A DNA stretch of 64,000 nucleotides, from the NCBI RefSeq assembly GCF_028368995.1, contig NZ_JAQNDL010000003.1:1056001-1120000 (forward strand), in the 5' to 3' direction. Each line of letters opens with the position of its first letter. Within the stretch, counting starts at the first letter, position 1. Position numbers and translations under genes: made by a program. The DNA is from Nannocystis bainbridge (GTDB lineage Bacteria > Myxococcota_A > Polyangia > Nannocystales > Nannocystaceae). Positions 60,481-64,000 of the stretch are shown here, one piece after another. Below the pieces are notes generated by a model. That model had not been told where the DNA came from. It ran no database searches and worked only from the letters and a program-made list of their open reading frames with translations.

Positions 60481-61257
60481 TCAGCCGCGGTGCAGGCGGA
60501 ACCCCTGCTGCCCTGCCTGCTCGAGCCCAGCTCTCAGCGTCATCGAAGGGATCTCGTAGTCCCCGCCGTTCTGCTGGCGGTACGCGATCGGCGGTTCGAC
60601 GAACAGCCCGCGCATGCGGCGGTCGAGCTCGGCCCCCACCGCCGCGAAGCGGGCCGCGTCCATCCGCCCCGCGCGGTAGACCACGAACGGGTCCATCACC
60701 GCGAACCCGGGGTAGAACAGGATCCCGTGCTGGATCGGGAACAGCAGGTCGTCGATCGGCCCGTTGATCCCGCGCTCTTGATAATGCTCCTCCCAGCCGC
60801 CGGTCGTGACCACCAGCATCGCTCGCTTGCCCGCGAACACCCCCTCGCCGTAGCGGTCGCCCCAGCGCCGGTCCGAGTGCTCGCCGCGGCCGTAGGCGAA
60901 CCCGTGCGCGTACACCCGGTCGACCCAGCCCTTGAGGATCGCCGGCATCGAGAACCACCACAGCGGGAATTGCAGGATCACCGCATCGGCCCACAGCAGG
61001 CGCCGCTGCTCCTCCGCCACCTCGGCCGGCTGCGTGCCCTCGGCGAACGCGCGGTGCGACGCCGCGACGACGTCGAGCTGCTCGCCGGGCTCGCCCGGGA
61101 AATCGGCGCCGTCGAGGCTCGCCTTCCAGCCCTGCGCGTGGAGGTCGGACACGATCACCGCGTGCCCCTCCGCGGTCAGCGTCGCGACCATGCGATCGCG
61201 CAGCGAGGCGTTCAGCGAGCGCGGCCCGGGGTGGGCGTAGACGACGAGGATCTTCAC
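60481..61257 (-). CDS. NAD(P)H-dependent quinone oxidoreductase (flavodoxin_2 family)
   Basis: ILVVYAHP..SLN, QFPLWWFSMPAILKGWVDRV, TTGG. Confidence 0.95.
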   Translation of the reverse strand: MKILVVYAHPGPRSLNASLRDRMVATLTAEGHAVIVSDLHAQGWKASLDGADFPGEPGEQLDVVAASHRAFAEGTQPAEVAEEQRRLLWADAVILQFPLWWFSMPAILKGWVDRVYAHGFAYGRGEHSDRRWGDRYGEGVFAGKRAMLVVTTGGWEEHYQERGINGPIDDLLFPIQHGILFYPGFAVMDPFVVYRAGRMDAARFAAVGAELDRRMRGLFVEPPIAYRQQNGGDYEIPSMTLRAGLEQAGQQGFRLHRG

Positions 61258-61357
61258 GGCAGGGTCCTTTCGCCAGGCGGTTCCGCCGGGCCCGCGAACG
61301 CTACGCCGGGCCCCCGCCGCGTTGAAATCGTAGTTCTTGTGTGCTGGTATCACCGCC

Positions 61358-62260
61358 GTGGATAGCAGCCGCCTCGACCTCAACCTGCTCGTCGCGCTCG
61401 ACGCCCTGCTCGCCGAACGCAACGTGACGAAGGCCGCCCGGCGCCTGGGCCTCAGCCAGCCCGCCTTGTCGGCCCAGCTCCAGCGGCTGCGCGACCTGCT
61501 CGGCGACCCGCTGTTGCTGCCAGCGCAGCGCGGCATGACCCCGACCGCGCGCGCGCTCGAGCTGCAGGCGCCGCTTCACGACGCGCTCGACGGCGTGCGC
61601 GCCGTGCTCACCGCCGGCGCCGGCTTCGACCCCGCCACCGCCGCCCTGACGGTCGCCATCGCCGCCTCCGACTATGTGCAATACGCCCTGCTCATGCCGC
61701 TCGCCCTCCAGCTCCGCCGCGAGGCCCCCGGCGTGCGGCTGGCCTGGCGGGCCCTCGACGCCGCCCAGCTCGCCGCCCAGGCCGAGCGCGGCGACGTCGA
61801 CCTCGCCTTCCTCACCCCCGAGACCGCGCCCGAGCAGCTGCGCAGCCGCAAGGTCCTCGACGAGCGCTACGTCGTCATCGTCCGCCGCGACCACCCGCAC
61901 GTGTCCGGCCCTATCGATCTCGACGGGCTGTGCGCGCTCGACCACGTCGTCGTCAGCCCGCGCGGCGGCGGCTTCGCGGGCCCCACCGACGCTGCCCTCG
62001 CCAGCCACGGCCGCGAGCGCCGCGTGGTCCTCTCGGTGCCCTCGTTCCTCATGGTCCCCGAGCTGGTGGCCCGCTCCGACCTCGCCGCCCTGGTCCCCGA
62101 ACGCATCGCCCGCGACCGCGCCGACCGCCTGCAATTGCTCGAGCCCCCGATCGCCGTCCCCGGCTTCGCAATCGCCATGGTCTGGCACCGCCGCGCCGCC
62201 AAGCACCCGGCCCTCACCTGGCTGCGCGAGCGCGTGCGCGCGTTCGCCAGAGGCGCCTGA
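61358..62260 (+). CDS. LysR family transcriptional regulator
   Basis: LDLNLLVALDALLAERNVTKAARRLGLSQPALSAQLQRLR; divergent from the oxidoreductase. Confidence 0.96.
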   Translation: MDSSRLDLNLLVALDALLAERNVTKAARRLGLSQPALSAQLQRLRDLLGDPLLLPAQRGMTPTARALELQAPLHDALDGVRAVLTAGAGFDPATAALTVAIAASDYVQYALLMPLALQLRREAPGVRLAWRALDAAQLAAQAERGDVDLAFLTPETAPEQLRSRKVLDERYVVIVRRDHPHVSGPIDLDGLCALDHVVVSPRGGGFAGPTDAALASHGRERRVVLSVPSFLMVPELVARSDLAALVPERIARDRADRLQLLEPPIAVPGFAIAMVWHRRAAKHPALTWLRERVRAFARGA

Positions 62261-62264
62261 TCAT

Positions 62265-62292
62265 CGAGACATGCCCGAGAGGCCATGTCTGA
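62265..62292. repeat. 14-bp-phased CATG pair
   Basis: CATG at 62270 and 62284, just after the LysR stop. Confidence 0.75.
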
Positions 62293-62781
62293 AAGTTTAT
62301 CTCGTGATTCAATCCATCATCGACAGTGGGACGCCGACCGGCAGCGAGTAGTGGACGTGGACGATGTGCCAGTCGGCTCCGTCCTTCTCCAGCACCGCGG
62401 TGAGGCGCACGCGGGCGAACCGATCCCTCGTATATGCCCGCTGTTTGGAGATCCGCGGCGTTCCGCGTATTGGGGGCTTTTCCGAGGGATCGCGTCCCGA
62501 TTTTGTCGCGAATTTGGCTGTTTTCGAGACGGCGCCTCGAATTCGGGCTCGCAGGTGGGTCTAGCGCCGCCGAGCTCGAAAGGCTGCGCGGCCTTAACGC
62601 CGCGCTCGAGCGCCTCCGGGCGGAAGATGAAGCCGAGCCCGCCGAGCTGTCCGCCCGGAAGGACTGGAGTTTCGGCCGCAAGCTCCTGTTCGGCGTGTCG
62701 TGTGTCGCTGCGGGCGCGGGTGCTGCGGCCATCGTCATGCAGTCTCGGGGCCGCTCGTAACGCGCGACTCTGCGACCCACC

Positions 62782-63525
62782 TCATGCGGCAGGCCCAAAG
62801 CTGCAGCAGGTCGCAGCCAGGTCTACCAGCATCTGGAAGCTGTCGAGATCCGTCAGCTTCGCGCAGATCGCTTCGGATGCGCACGTCCCGGTCGTGCTGC
62901 CGTCTTCGATGCAAGTACAGGTCTCCGTGTCGCACTGCATCGCCTGCGGCGGCTCGCCGATGCACTCGAAATCGATCGAGCAGGCGCTGCCGTCGACGTT
63001 CCCGCTCGCTTCGTGGTCGCAGGCGTTCTCGCCAGTGCAGATCTTGACCTCCTGCGCGACGGCTTCGGAACAGGGCCCCGGATCGTCCTCGTTGAAGAAG
63101 ACCGAGATGTCGTCGCAGCTCATGCTGGCGAAGCACATGTGGCGGGCATCGGTGGCCGCCACACACGCCGGCGTCTCGTCCTCGTCTCCGCAGAACTCCG
63201 CGATGCATTCCGTGACGATGACCATGGGAAAGCAAGCAGTGGCGGCAGCGCAGAAGGACGCGCAGGCATCCTGGTCGCCGGTATCGCCGGAGCTCACTGC
63301 CGTATCGGTCGTGGGCTCGACCGCACCGGTGGTGCTCTCCAAGCTCGTACTCCCGGGCTCCGTGGTGCTCGTGGTGACGCCGGAGGTGCCCTCGGTGCCG
63401 CCGCTCGATCCGCTGCCTGCATCGCCGCAGGCGCCGGCCGCGATGGCGGCCCAAAGGAGGTATCCGGCCCCCGTGCCCTGGGGTCGACATTTCCTATTCA
63501 GTGCTCTGTTTTTGGCTCGTTGCAT
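62782..63525 (-). CDS. Cys-rich lipoprotein
   Basis: Lipobox AAGAC; Thr/Ser linker; many Cys. Start is uncertain. Confidence 0.7.
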   Translation of the reverse strand: MQRAKNRALNRKCRPQGTGAGYLLWAAIAAGACGDAGSGSSGGTEGTSGVTTSTTEPGSTSLESTTGAVEPTTDTAVSSGDTGDQDACASFCAAATACFPMVIVTECIAEFCGDEDETPACVAATDARHMCFASMSCDDISVFFNEDDPGPCSEAVAQEVKICTGENACDHEASGNVDGSACSIDFECIGEPPQAMQCDTETCTCIEDGSTTGTCASEAICAKLTDLDSFQMLVDLAATCCSFGPAA

Positions 63526-63604
63526 CGATGGCGCGTGAACCCGACCGCGTCTCGCCCTATTCCTCTCGACAGGCGTCGCGGCTCCTGGGGCACTCGAGCG
63601 AAAG

Positions 63605-64000
63605 TCATGAAGGCTCGACCGTACACGGCGACCCATCGACGGAGAAGAGGGTGCTGGCTTGCGCCTCCAACCACGTCCACAAATTCTTGCCCCCGAGCAT
63701 GACGTCGGAGTTGCGGAGCTCCGCCTCCTCGATCTCACCGTCCGCATTCGCATCGCTCGCCGCGAAGGGATCGAAGACGAGTTCTTCATCGCCGAACAAC
63801 CTATCGCCGCGCACGCTGATCGTGACTTGCGGCTCCTCGTCCGCGAAGCTGGTCTGGGAGATACAGTCCCTGTATGCGTTTCCGGCGGTCAGGCCCCAGG
63901 AGAAGTCTTTGGTCTCTCCGCCGCGCTGCGCCGTACCCTCCACGTAGACCGAGTACGAGCCGGCACGCATCCGTTCGACGTCCGACTCGTCGACATTGCC
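63605..64000 (-). CDS. C-terminal part of a hypothetical protein (5' end outside the window)
   Basis: Frame is open to the window edge; contains the EF-hand-like DANADGEIEEAEL. Confidence 0.6.
   Translation of the reverse strand, partial: GNVDESDVERMRAGSYSVYVEGTAQRGGETKDFSWGLTAGNAYRDCISQTSFADEEPQVTISVRGDRLFGDEELVFDPFAASDANADGEIEEAELRNSDVMLGGKNLWTWLEAQASTLFSVDGSPCTVEPS

Noticed and set aside
62434-62760. Small + strand ORF ending in a hydrophobic segment
   Set aside because: Only the last ~65 codons look protein-like and there is no credible start; too weak to call.

Overview
High-GC (roughly 70%+ by eye) DNA with gene content typical of a myxobacterium, most like Nannocystaceae: eukaryote-like Ser/Thr kinases, an ECF sigma factor, and FG-GAP, vWA, RCC1 and Cys-rich secreted lipoproteins. 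The centre (21.6-43 kb, minus strand) is a split, incomplete type VI secretion cluster: tssE-F-G-tagH-lipoprotein, an unrelated insert, then FHA/CpaF-like gene-tssJ-K-L-M-C-A. No tssB, hcp, vgrG, PAAR or clpV is present in the window. TssA has two ImpA_N domains, and the gene upstream of tssJ is an FHA fusion to an apparently catalytically dead Tad/CpaF ATPase. The right part holds a three-gene phosphorelay, an amidohydrolase, an arylamine N-acetyltransferase, an orphan SUKH-like protein, a P450 and a LysR/flavodoxin pair. The strongest unexplained signal is a dispersed DNA motif, core TGTCC-N4-GGACA. It forms arrays of 2-6 CATG cores at exactly 14-bp spacing in more than a dozen intergenic sites, is also embedded in coding linkers, and often brackets accessory gene modules. 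Family assignments come from motif recognition by eye; no database searches were run.
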